Shown in pieces: positions 1 to 10,329 of a stretch of DNA of 64,000 nucleotides. The notes under the pieces are model-generated. The model did not search any database and had not been told where the DNA came from. It worked only from the letters and a program-made list of their open reading frames with translations. Numbering within the stretch: the stretch's first letter is position 1; each line of letters begins with the position of its first letter. A program made the translations under genes and the position numbers. The stretch comes from a virus, in IMG/VR virus record IMGVR_UViG_3300031566_000009, positions 1 through 64,000 of that record. One strand, written 5' to 3'.

Positions 1-1304
<1,304 letters not shown>

Positions 1305-1308
<4 letters not shown>

Positions 1309-2921
1309 TATTACAAGAGACTATAAGAAGCATAAATCAAAGACTCCGTGCCCTGGAAACCAGGGAATACACTGAAGTAGGCACTCCAACCGCCTGCTTC
1401 GAACAATATATCGAGCACTGTGATGATCCAGATACGTTCATCAATTTCCAGCCTGACAATTTCCAAGTAGATGTTGGTGGGAAGACGGCACTCTTCCTGG
1501 ATGCTGTTGATACCAACGTACTTCTAGGGGCTGATGCTGGTGCGGCGTTGACTCTAGGAGACAGCAATACGCTGTTGGGTTTCGAGGCAGGAAGAAGTTC
1601 CACTGAAGGCGTCGAAAACGTCTTTATTGGCTACCAAAGTGGCTATACCTGTATCGACGAGGAACGGAATGTTTCTATCGGTACATATTCGATGGGTCTG
1701 GCTACAGCAAGTTACAATGTAGCCATAGGTTATCAGGCTCTGGAAGATGCGGGAACGACGAATCAGGGCGATATGAATGTTGCTATTGGCTATCGAGCCA
1801 TGATGCAACAGGACACTGGTGAATTCAACGTCGCAATCGGCGCGGATGCTATGTTAAACTTCGTTAGTGGTGACGGCAATGTAGCCATCGGCGAAGAGGC
1901 TATGAGGTCAGTAGCTGGTAGTGGTGAATATAATATTGCTATTGGTTACGATAGCATGAGAGTTATCACATCAGGACATAGTAATGTAGCTATTGGTCCA
2001 TTTGCCTTGATTAGCATAACAACTGGAAACTATAATATCGCCATAGGCCGAGAGGCCATGCGCTATAATGCAGCTTCTCACAATAATGTCGTCATCGGTT
2101 ATCGAGCAGGGTATAAAGGAGCAGCAACTACATATGATAATTGCGTACTGATTGGACATCAGGCAGGCTATCTTTTACAGACGGGAGATGCCAATGTATT
2201 CATCGGCTACCAAGCAGGCTATAATGAATTAGGAGCCAACAGACTCTACATCGAGAACTCAAACTCCGTGACGCCCCTGATCTATGGAGAGTTCGATAAT
2301 AACTTGGTAAGAGTTCACGGCACTCTAGGAGTGGGAACGGCTGGGGATTATCTAGATATATCTCTTACAGGAGTTGTTACCTTACTCGGAACAGCCAAGA
2401 GGGACTTGACTCTAAGAGCGGACTTGGATTTCACAACCGTCACAGCACAGGGGAAGCCAACCCAAGCAGTTATAGGCGTATTTCGTGGCTACAGTATGCC
2501 TATTTACGCCGCTGATAACGAGGAACTATTCTTCAATGAGAATGTCCCTGGTAGATGGGATGGAGCAAGTGATATAAGTTTTCACGTTCTCGTAGCCCTC
2601 GAATTGGCGGAAACTGCGGATGAAACCTTCAAGTTCCAATTTTCTTGGAATCAGGTAGGAACGACAGATATAGTCCCAATTGTATCTCATGACGTGACAG
2701 ATGAAATAACAGTAGTCGATGGAACTCAATACGCTACATATATGCTTGAGTTCACGATTGACTACGATGCAGACGCAGGAGATGTGATAGTATCACACGA
2801 TGACTTGTCAGCCAGACTTCGTAGGATCGCTTCGGGAGGTGATGAAGTAGATGGTGAGATAATTGTACTCGACTGGCATACCCACTATACTGTTGACAAA
2901 ATGTTCAAGGCTCCTGGGTAA
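1305..2921 (+). CDS. Tail fibre / receptor-binding protein with YadA/Hep-Hag-like beta-roll repeats
   Basis: Many ~14-aa NVAIGYxA repeats; N-terminal RLRALE coiled segment; follows the tail gene. Confidence 0.75.
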
Positions 2922-2931
2922 AGGAGGAAGG

Positions 2932-3351
2932 ATGGCACTAAAGAAAATCACGTTATCATTTCCTGCGCGGTATGCAACACAGGCATGGTTGAATAGACCA
3001 CGACCAGATCTTAGGATGGATTCGATCCTAAAGGGGATGGAGATTTACGTCAAGTTTGGCCTCGAATTCGTCTCTGAATGGGCCGATAAACACATCGATC
3101 CTAATGGCAATCTGAGTCTCAAGGAAGTTTTGCATTCGGATGTAGAGCCAATCATATTCCGTATAGATGAAACATATCTCACATGGTTGAGAGATCAATT
3201 AGCCGCATATAAATGGAATGAAATGTTCCTTCCGGATGGACGGGTAGCACAAATAGCTATATCAACGGGATTACAATTTGGAATCGCTGCTTTAGGGAAA
3301 GCTTTGAATGAAGCGATCTCTGGAGCAGACGTTGAAGAAAAAGAGGAGTAA
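2932..3351 (+). CDS. Hypothetical protein
   Basis: AAGGAGG RBS then ATG at 2932; tightly packed in the late operon. Confidence 0.7.
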   Translation: MALKKITLSFPARYATQAWLNRPRPDLRMDSILKGMEIYVKFGLEFVSEWADKHIDPNGNLSLKEVLHSDVEPIIFRIDETYLTWLRDQLAAYKWNEMFLPDGRVAQIAISTGLQFGIAALGKALNEAISGADVEEKEE

Positions 3352-3355
3352 TAAT

Positions 3356-3589
3356 ATGACAGACTTTGGACTAAGGATATTAGATTTATTAGAACGTTCG
3401 GTGATATTACAGGCTTTTATCACCATCGGAGTATTATCGGTCGGAGGTTACATTTGGGTCGCGGGACGACCTATGCCATCTGATTTGGAAAAGTTGATAT
3501 TTATAGTTTTAAGTTTTTGGATGGGCAGCAAGACCCAATTTGCCGTAGATCAAAATCGTACTGATAGATTGAATAACCAAATTGAGTAA
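3356..3589 (+). CDS. Small two-helix membrane protein, holin candidate
   Basis: GAGGAG RBS; two hydrophobic segments and a FWMGS motif; last gene of the late arm. Confidence 0.5.
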   Translation: MTDFGLRILDLLERSVILQAFITIGVLSVGGYIWVAGRPMPSDLEKLIFIVLSFWMGSKTQFAVDQNRTDRLNNQIE

Positions 3590-3600
3590 GAATAAAAAGC

Positions 3601-5289
3601 TTATATTTGGAGACGCTTTTTCAGATCTTCCAAGAATGCTGGACCTAGAACAGCTTTTTGCATGGTGATTTTCTTCGTCAAAATTGCCTCTACCAAATCA
3701 TCTACGGTATTTGGGCAATAGAGGCTTATTACGTGTACTTTTTGAGTCTGGCCGCCTCGGTGTAGTCGATCTTCAGCCTGTGTTTGCTTTTCAGGATTGA
3801 ACCACTTATCTACAAAGATGGCAGTATTCGCTCCGACCAAGTTTAATCCCACACCGCCAGATTGAAGAGTAGCGACCAAGACCCTTACCTCACCTGTGTT
3901 TAATCTGGCCTCTTCCTGGCTTATTTCTTCGGAGGTCATACCACCCCAAATTCGTGTATGAGGAACTTCTGCTTTGGTCAATCGTTCACACATGGCTTCT
4001 ACAGTCTTTCTGAAGGCAGTGAATATAACAATAATGTTATCTGTGCCTAAAACGATGTCCATCGCAGCGTCGAGCTTTGCGCTTTCGTCGGGCAGGTCAA
4101 AGTTCGCAGGTGTGCTTAGGATTTGACGAAGGCGAGTAATCATAGAGATGATGTTCACGGCATAAAGTTTTTTCGTCTCTGAGAGTTCAATGTAGAATCG
4201 TTTTGCCATATCGTCATAGTGCTTCTCTTGTTTCGGCAATAGTTCCAGAGAAATCGTCTGGAATAATTTCTCTGGCAGGAAAGGCATGACCTCCGCTTTA
4301 GTCTTGCGGATCATTCGAGGGGCTAATTCGCGCCTGAGCAACTTGGGGCGTAAAATGCCCTTGATATGTCGAGTACCCCAATAATCTTCTTCGTAGTCCA
4401 CGTATAACTCAAAGAAACGCCAGAAACTCGTATATTGCTCTGGCCACAGGAAATTTAAAAGCGACCACAACTCAGAAGGATCGTTCCCAAAAGGAGTTCC
4501 TGTGAGCAAGCAGCAATTCTGAAAACGTAACTGCTTAGTTAGGAATGCAATTTGAGTCTTTCGATTTCTGATAGTCTGTGCTTCGTCGAGAATGAGCCAG
4601 TCCCACTCGGTTGAGAAGTAGAGGGATCGTTCTCTGAGTGCTCTAATATCGAATTGCTGTGTCTTCCCTCTTTGGCCGATTGACTTAGCCTCGGCACGGA
4701 GTTGGGCATAGTTAGCAATGAGCCATCCACCATCATAGGTTGAAAGTGTATCTCTGCGATCTTTCGTTTCAACCACAGTGGCGGGCTGATCTGGAAACGC
4801 CGTCCAAGAACTTTTTTCATTCTTCCACCAAGTTTTCAAGGAGTTTGGACAGATCACGAGCACCTTGTCATTTTGGGTGCTTTCCTCAATTGCGACAATG
4901 GCTGTGACCGTCTTTCCTGTGCCCATGTCGGATGCTAGGAGAGAACGCTTCGTCTTGACGATGAAATCAGCGGATACCCTCTGGAAGGGCCACAATTTAA
5001 TAGCGTTCGGGTGAAACAAGGAAACATCATCTCTAAGTAATAACTGTACCCTAGAGTTTTCTTCGTCGATTGCTTGTCTATACCATTGTTTTGCATTCTG
5101 ATCGAGAGGGGTTTTGGTCGCCCAATATATAGCCTCACATAGGCGAGCATCCAAGGGGACGACGACGCCTCTATCTGTTCTTTTGACCCCTGTGATCTTT
5201 TGGAGCATATTCCATGTTGGTGTAATAGCAGCCCCAGTAATGAATAATTTTGGAGTATATTTGCTCGTTCGTGGCAGGAGTATTATCAT
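3601..5289 (-). CDS. SNF2-family helicase/annealing ATPase
   Basis: DMGTGKT Walker A, ILDEAQ, LLTGTP, GGVGLNL and QAEDRLHRGGQ motifs. Confidence 0.93.
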   Translation of the reverse strand: MIILLPRTSKYTPKLFITGAAITPTWNMLQKITGVKRTDRGVVVPLDARLCEAIYWATKTPLDQNAKQWYRQAIDEENSRVQLLLRDDVSLFHPNAIKLWPFQRVSADFIVKTKRSLLASDMGTGKTVTAIVAIEESTQNDKVLVICPNSLKTWWKNEKSSWTAFPDQPATVVETKDRRDTLSTYDGGWLIANYAQLRAEAKSIGQRGKTQQFDIRALRERSLYFSTEWDWLILDEAQTIRNRKTQIAFLTKQLRFQNCCLLTGTPFGNDPSELWSLLNFLWPEQYTSFWRFFELYVDYEEDYWGTRHIKGILRPKLLRRELAPRMIRKTKAEVMPFLPEKLFQTISLELLPKQEKHYDDMAKRFYIELSETKKLYAVNIISMITRLRQILSTPANFDLPDESAKLDAAMDIVLGTDNIIVIFTAFRKTVEAMCERLTKAEVPHTRIWGGMTSEEISQEEARLNTGEVRVLVATLQSGGVGLNLVGANTAIFVDKWFNPEKQTQAEDRLHRGGQTQKVHVISLYCPNTVDDLVEAILTKKITMQKAVLGPAFLEDLKKRLQI

Positions 5290-6041
5290 TGATTATTGAT
5301 CTCGTGAATTCTCCGCCAGTAGGCTTTGCGTGCTTCGCTTATTTTGTATTTAGTCGCTGCACTGTGATGCTTACCTACCCGTGCTTTACTCATCTTCAAG
5401 CGTGCCTCTGCACTGTGATGCTTACCCATCTGTGCCTTACTTATCTTCGCGCGCGTCTCTATACTATGATGCTTACCCATTTGTGCCTTACTCATCTTCG
5501 CGCGTGTCTCCACGCTGAGGTGCTCACTCTTATGTGCTTCACTCATTTTTTCACGGGCCTTTGTACTAGGATGCCTTCCAGTATTTGCTGCACCGATTTT
5601 CGCGCGTGTCTCCACACTGCGATGCTTGCCATAATTATAGTTCCGCTTACCGATTTTCGCTGCACGCATTTTCGCGCGTGTCTCCACGCTGAGGTGCTCA
5701 CCTTTATGTGCCTCACCTATTTTCGCGCGTGCTTCATTGGTATATCGAACTCCAAGTGAACTACCTGCTGTTGAAGAGATATTGTATTCAGGATTCAATG
5801 TATCAAGATAAAACTGTTCACGCTCGATTAGATTTTCAGACTCAGTCTCTTCTAAGATGGAAAATATAAATGCTTTCTCACCATACTTATCGAAGGCTCT
5901 TTGAAGATATCTATTGCGGTGTTGCCCACGACGCAGAGTGCTTAGATGTACTGTCCATCTTTTCTGAAGATTCACCGCACTGCCGATATATTTTTTCCTA
6001 TTGATTTGGTTCTCGATTTGATATATGCAGCTAGTTGTCAT
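5286..6041 (-). CDS. GIY-YIG homing endonuclease with tandem NUMOD3 repeats
   Basis: CIYQIEN...KYIGSA..L.KRW..H catalytic domain, then about seven HS.ETRAK(M/I)S.A..G repeats. Confidence 0.92.
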   Translation of the reverse strand: MTTSCIYQIENQINRKKYIGSAVNLQKRWTVHLSTLRRGQHRNRYLQRAFDKYGEKAFIFSILEETESENLIEREQFYLDTLNPEYNISSTAGSSLGVRYTNEARAKIGEAHKGEHLSVETRAKMRAAKIGKRNYNYGKHRSVETRAKIGAANTGRHPSTKAREKMSEAHKSEHLSVETRAKMSKAQMGKHHSIETRAKISKAQMGKHHSAEARLKMSKARVGKHHSAATKYKISEARKAYWRRIHEINNQ

Positions 6042-6867
6042 TCAACCACCATTTTGGCAACTCCTTACAATATTTTTCCAAGTATGCCTCAGTATCACCG
6101 CGTTCAGCGTAAGTAAATTCCTCAGCGACTACTTTACTCATATCTTCCATCCTATTATGCAAGTCGAGTTTACATAAATCTTTGTAGTCGCACCAGGAAC
6201 AATCTTGCTGGAAGGATCGTGGGAGATCGATCATTGAGACGCTTTCAGGCGGCAGGGATTTGCAGTTTGCCATGAAATTCTTGCTTCGGGCTACTAGATC
6301 GAGATCGCTAACCTCCTCAAAGAATCTGTCGAAAGTTGGCGTCTTTGTTGTTGTAAGTCGGCTGACTCCGACGCCGCCCACAGGTGCTCCCAACTTCATC
6401 AAGCCCCAGGCATAGATAGATAATTGCTCTCTTTCAGGATGAGTGATTCCATGAGTCATCCTCCCAGAAGATTTGTGATCCCAAATCCAAATCTTGTTAT
6501 CTACCTTGGCTATCAAGTCGATCCAAGCCACTAGAATTACGTCGAAAGGAAAGGTAACTTGAAAGGGAAACTCCACAGCCAGAATCTTACCAGGAAACTC
6601 GCTCTTTCCGCTCTGAAGGTAAGCATCGACTACTCGCTTACTTTCTGCCAAGATTTCTGGCCTCAAATCCCCCATGAACTCGGAGCGCAGGACTTCCCAA
6701 TCGATCTCTCCAAAGCCGTAGAATTGCGCCAAAGCATTATGGACTAGCTTTCCCGTATCCAATGGGTCTGATTGCTTTTTCGGATACAAAGTCTTCAGAT
6801 ACCTTGCACCCCATTGCCATTGACAACGACTGAAACTACGAAGCTGTGAGTAACTAACGATTTTCAT
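6031..6867 (-). CDS. PD-(D/E)XK Cas4/RecB-like exonuclease
   Basis: SYSQL..F.RC, G.LVH, E..F, IDLI, DHKS, QLSIY and CSWCDYKDLC (4-Cys Fe-S pattern). Confidence 0.88.
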   Translation of the reverse strand: MKIVSYSQLRSFSRCQWQWGARYLKTLYPKKQSDPLDTGKLVHNALAQFYGFGEIDWEVLRSEFMGDLRPEILAESKRVVDAYLQSGKSEFPGKILAVEFPFQVTFPFDVILVAWIDLIAKVDNKIWIWDHKSSGRMTHGITHPEREQLSIYAWGLMKLGAPVGGVGVSRLTTTKTPTFDRFFEEVSDLDLVARSKNFMANCKSLPPESVSMIDLPRSFQQDCSWCDYKDLCKLDLHNRMEDMSKVVAEEFTYAERGDTEAYLEKYCKELPKWWLNDN

Positions 6868-7568
6868 TTGGTCTCCTTGTGCATAAATAAACGCTCGATT
6901 CTTGGAATCATTTGATTGTTTCTACTTTTGTAGTCTGTTCTAGTTGGCATCTCTAATACACAGTTCCAGTCTTGTGGTGCTTGGTATTCTGATACTACTA
7001 CGGTATGCCCAGAAATACTTAGTGTCTTACAACGTTCCCAAAACCTCCTATGATCAAAAGTCATTGAATATTTAGTAGTATCTGCATAGGGTGGGTCACA
7101 GTAGATAAGCATCTTTTCTGCAGGAGATATGAATGAGAAATAGTCTGCTTGAAAAAATCTTGTTACTGGGATCTGTGCTATTTTCTTGAGTAAACTATTT
7201 TTAGCATTTTGTGCATAGTTTCGATCACTTTTTGGATCTCTCGCATAGCCCCCAAAGTATTTTCCACCCCAAGAACAACCGAAACCAATAAACGCGGTAA
7301 GTTCTGGAGAATAGAACCCCTCTTTAGCTAAAGAATAAGCCTCCTCAGATACTTCACTTGGTGGAATCCAACCCCGTTGGAGTTCCTTCCACATTTCGAT
7401 CAATTTATAATGAATATCAGAAGCATAGTTTGGTTCTCCTTTTATTCGCATTAGTATCCAAGCCGCGCCCACGAAGGGTTCCCAATATGGTTGATTTGGT
7501 TCTCGCAGATTATTAAGAAAATCAGCAATCTGTTTTCCCACACGAAACTTTCCACCTAAATAGTGCAT
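6864..7568 (-). CDS. Dam-like (D12 class) DNA adenine methyltransferase
   Basis: YLGGK, EPFVG and IYCDPPY motifs. Confidence 0.9.
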   Translation of the reverse strand: MHYLGGKFRVGKQIADFLNNLREPNQPYWEPFVGAAWILMRIKGEPNYASDIHYKLIEMWKELQRGWIPPSEVSEEAYSLAKEGFYSPELTAFIGFGCSWGGKYFGGYARDPKSDRNYAQNAKNSLLKKIAQIPVTRFFQADYFSFISPAEKMLIYCDPPYADTTKYSMTFDHRRFWERCKTLSISGHTVVVSEYQAPQDWNCVLEMPTRTDYKSRNNQMIPRIERLFMHKETK

Positions 7569-7969
7569 TTGTTTGTCCTCCCTTTGAGATAAGCGATTAA
7601 ATGTTTCAACGCATCCCTGGCGTGTGGCCCTGAGACGCCTTCGATGTAACGTGGCAAGTCTGAGTCTGCGGTATATTTAACTGACGGTGGTTGGGCTACT
7701 AATTGAACTTGGCATCTTTGAGTCAAATACTTTAGCACTCCAATGGTTTCCACAGTGGGCATAGTACTCCAAGCCTTAAACTTTGCAATTTGTGGCGAGA
7801 GGTAGAAAGCCTCGTAAATTATGATTTTCGGAGACCAAGTAGTTATCAATGCCTCAAACATTTGCCAGTTGGGGAATTGCCCACTGAGTTTTATGTCATA
7901 GTTAGTTCCATCGGCCTCGGCGATTACGTAGCCTGTGGTTTCTCCTGGATCGAGAGCAAGTACCAGCAT
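7556..7969 (-). CDS. RuvC-like Holliday junction resolvase
   Basis: LALDPGETTG, IYE and HARDA RNase H-fold catalytic pattern. Confidence 0.75.
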   Translation of the reverse strand: MLVLALDPGETTGYVIAEADGTNYDIKLSGQFPNWQMFEALITTWSPKIIIYEAFYLSPQIAKFKAWSTMPTVETIGVLKYLTQRCQVQLVAQPPSVKYTADSDLPRYIEGVSGPHARDALKHLIAYLKGRTNKCTI

Positions 7970-8047
7970 AGATCTCCTTTCCTATTTGCATTTTGGGCAT
8001 GAAATGATAATAAGAACGATGCTTATTAGCATCTTTGTAAATAAGAC

Positions 8048-10114
8048 TCATATCTCAAACACCTTCCTCTCCTTATATTCGCTGATCTTTCCTGGATTCC
8101 ACTCACTTACGGGGCGGAAGTAGCCCACCACACGGCTGTACACCAAAGTTTTGTTGCCACAATGAGGACACACAGGGTGCTCACCATTAAGATAGCCATG
8201 CTCAGGGCAAATGGAAAACGTCGGAGTTAGCGTAAAGTAAGGAATTCTAAACTTAGAAGCAATTCTCTGCACTAAACTTTTTACCGCAGTAACAGAGGGC
8301 AGTTGTTCACCGAGGAAAGTATGAAACACCGAGCCACCTGTGTAAAGTGGCAGTGTTTCATTCTGCCATTCAAGAGCCTGAAACAAATCATCAGTAGCGT
8401 TCACAGGGAGCTGTGTACTATTTGTGTAGTATGGCTCGTCCTTCCCAGCAGTAATTATATTAGGATATGCTGCCTTATCTAAAAGAGCGAAACGATATGC
8501 TGTGCTCTCCGCAGGAGTGGCTTCGAGATTGAATAGTTGTCCAGAATCATTCTGATACTTGAGAAGTCGCCTATTCATAAACTCTAAGACTTCTTTGGAG
8601 AATCCCCTCGCTTCTTCTGTAGTAAGATCTTTTCCAAGAAGATTCAGCGTAGCCTCATTCATGCCACATAAGCCTATTGTATTGAAGTGGCCACTCCACC
8701 AACCATCGAAGCGCTCTTTGGTATAGGCCAAGTAGTGCTTCGAGTAGGGATAAAGACCCTGTTCAGTGAATCGCTCTACGATCTTTCGTTTGGTCAGGAG
8801 ACTATCTTTGGCTATGTCCATAAGTTCGCCGACTCGTTGTAAAAACGCTTCTTTGCTCTTGGTCAAATAACCGATTCTTGCTAGATTGAGCGTTACTACG
8901 CCAATACTCCCCGTGCTTGGTGCGGAGCCGAATAAACCACCTGCGCGTCGCATAAGATCAGTCAGCTTAATAGACAACCTGCAGCACATACTTCTTACAT
9001 CATCTGGACATAGATTGGAGTTGACGAAATTAGCGAAGTAGGGAATGCCATACTTTCTGGTGACTTCCCACAGGGGTAAATATCTAGGATTGTCCCAATC
9101 AAAGTCTTTGGTGATGTTCACTGTGGGTATGGGAAAAGTGAATGGCTTTCCAGAAGCGTCGCCCTCCAACATAACTTCGAGCAGGCATTCGTTGAGCAAA
9201 TCCATCTCTGTTTGAAAGTCTGCATAGAATTCGTCGTATTTTTCACCTCCGATTATGATATTCTGCTCTCTTAGATGTTCTGGTACTATAAAGTCCAGTG
9301 TTATATTTGTGAATGGTGATTGATGCCCCACTCGTGTTGGCACATTCATATTGAAAATAAATTCTTGAAGATATTGTTTTATATCTTTCTTGCTAAGATT
9401 GTCAAAAGAGATAAAAGGTGCGAGGAGAGTATCGAAATTGGAGAAAGCAACTGCTCCAGCTACCTCTCCCTGGACTGTGTAAAGAAAGTTCACTATCTGC
9501 CCTAGTGCAGACGAGAAGTGCTTTGCAGGAGCGCACTCCAACTTTCCAGGAGCACCACCAAAGCCCATAATCAATAGGTCTTCCAAATCCCACCCGCAAC
9601 AATACGGCGCAAGGAGATAGAGATCGTGAATGTGCAAATCACCGCTGATGTGTGCATCCCTGGCTTCTCTTGGATATAGAGAATTCAACCAGTAAGCGCG
9701 GTTTACTTCAGTGAATATATGATTATTGAGTCCTTGTAGAGAGTAGCCCATATTTGCATTCTCTTGAACTCTCCAATCGGTTCTGTCTAAGTAACCATTG
9801 ATAAGTTCATTGGCGTCTATCAGAGCACGGACATCACGCAACTTTCGGTGAAGGTCTCGATATAGAATGTATGCCTTAGCAGTCTTGGCGTGTCCATTTC
9901 TTATAAGCACTTCTTCGACTACATCTTGGATCTCCTCTACAGAAGGAGTATTGAAACGCTTCTCAAGAACTTTGAGAACATCGTTAGAATTGTGTATCGC
10001 CAACGACATATCATCGCCACCGACCGACTGCGCTGCTTTGAATATGGCGTTGGTAATCTTTTGTTGATTGAATGTTACTACTCTATTATCACGTTTTTTG
10101 ACTTTCATTATCAT
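8048..10114 (-). CDS. nrdD: Anaerobic (class III) ribonucleoside-triphosphate reductase with ATP cone
   Basis: N-terminal VKKRD ATP cone; HIHDL, PYCCGW, RSMCCRL, EATPAES, C-terminal Zn site and YSRVVGY glycyl-radical motif; RBS before ATG 10114. Confidence 0.96.
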   Translation of the reverse strand: MIMKVKKRDNRVVTFNQQKITNAIFKAAQSVGGDDMSLAIHNSNDVLKVLEKRFNTPSVEEIQDVVEEVLIRNGHAKTAKAYILYRDLHRKLRDVRALIDANELINGYLDRTDWRVQENANMGYSLQGLNNHIFTEVNRAYWLNSLYPREARDAHISGDLHIHDLYLLAPYCCGWDLEDLLIMGFGGAPGKLECAPAKHFSSALGQIVNFLYTVQGEVAGAVAFSNFDTLLAPFISFDNLSKKDIKQYLQEFIFNMNVPTRVGHQSPFTNITLDFIVPEHLREQNIIIGGEKYDEFYADFQTEMDLLNECLLEVMLEGDASGKPFTFPIPTVNITKDFDWDNPRYLPLWEVTRKYGIPYFANFVNSNLCPDDVRSMCCRLSIKLTDLMRRAGGLFGSAPSTGSIGVVTLNLARIGYLTKSKEAFLQRVGELMDIAKDSLLTKRKIVERFTEQGLYPYSKHYLAYTKERFDGWWSGHFNTIGLCGMNEATLNLLGKDLTTEEARGFSKEVLEFMNRRLLKYQNDSGQLFNLEATPAESTAYRFALLDKAAYPNIITAGKDEPYYTNSTQLPVNATDDLFQALEWQNETLPLYTGGSVFHTFLGEQLPSVTAVKSLVQRIASKFRIPYFTLTPTFSICPEHGYLNGEHPVCPHCGNKTLVYSRVVGYFRPVSEWNPGKISEYKERKVFEI

Positions 10115-10329
10115 GTTGTTTGCTCCTTTGTTAATTCGATATTGGCCCACTCCCTGCAAGAACTCACCAATGTCACCAACAAACTTTTTAGTTTACAACG
10201 TCCCAAAGCAAGTCGATTCTCACCAGGCGTCGTCAAGAGGAATCCCATAAACTGTTCGTAGTAGAGCCGTTGGCAATGAGCGCAGTTACCACAGTTGGCC
10301 TCGATTAGATTTGCCACAGTCTTAGACAT
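10111..10329 (-). CDS. Small Cys-rich hypothetical protein
   Basis: CGNCAHC...GRC...C; overlaps both neighbours in operon style. Confidence 0.6.
   Translation of the reverse strand: MSKTVANLIEANCGNCAHCQRLYYEQFMGFLLTTPGENRLALGRCKLKSLLVTLVSSCREWANIELTKEQTT

Noticed and set aside
5250-5759. 169-aa plus-strand repetitive ORF
   Set aside because: Antisense shadow of the NUMOD3 repeats
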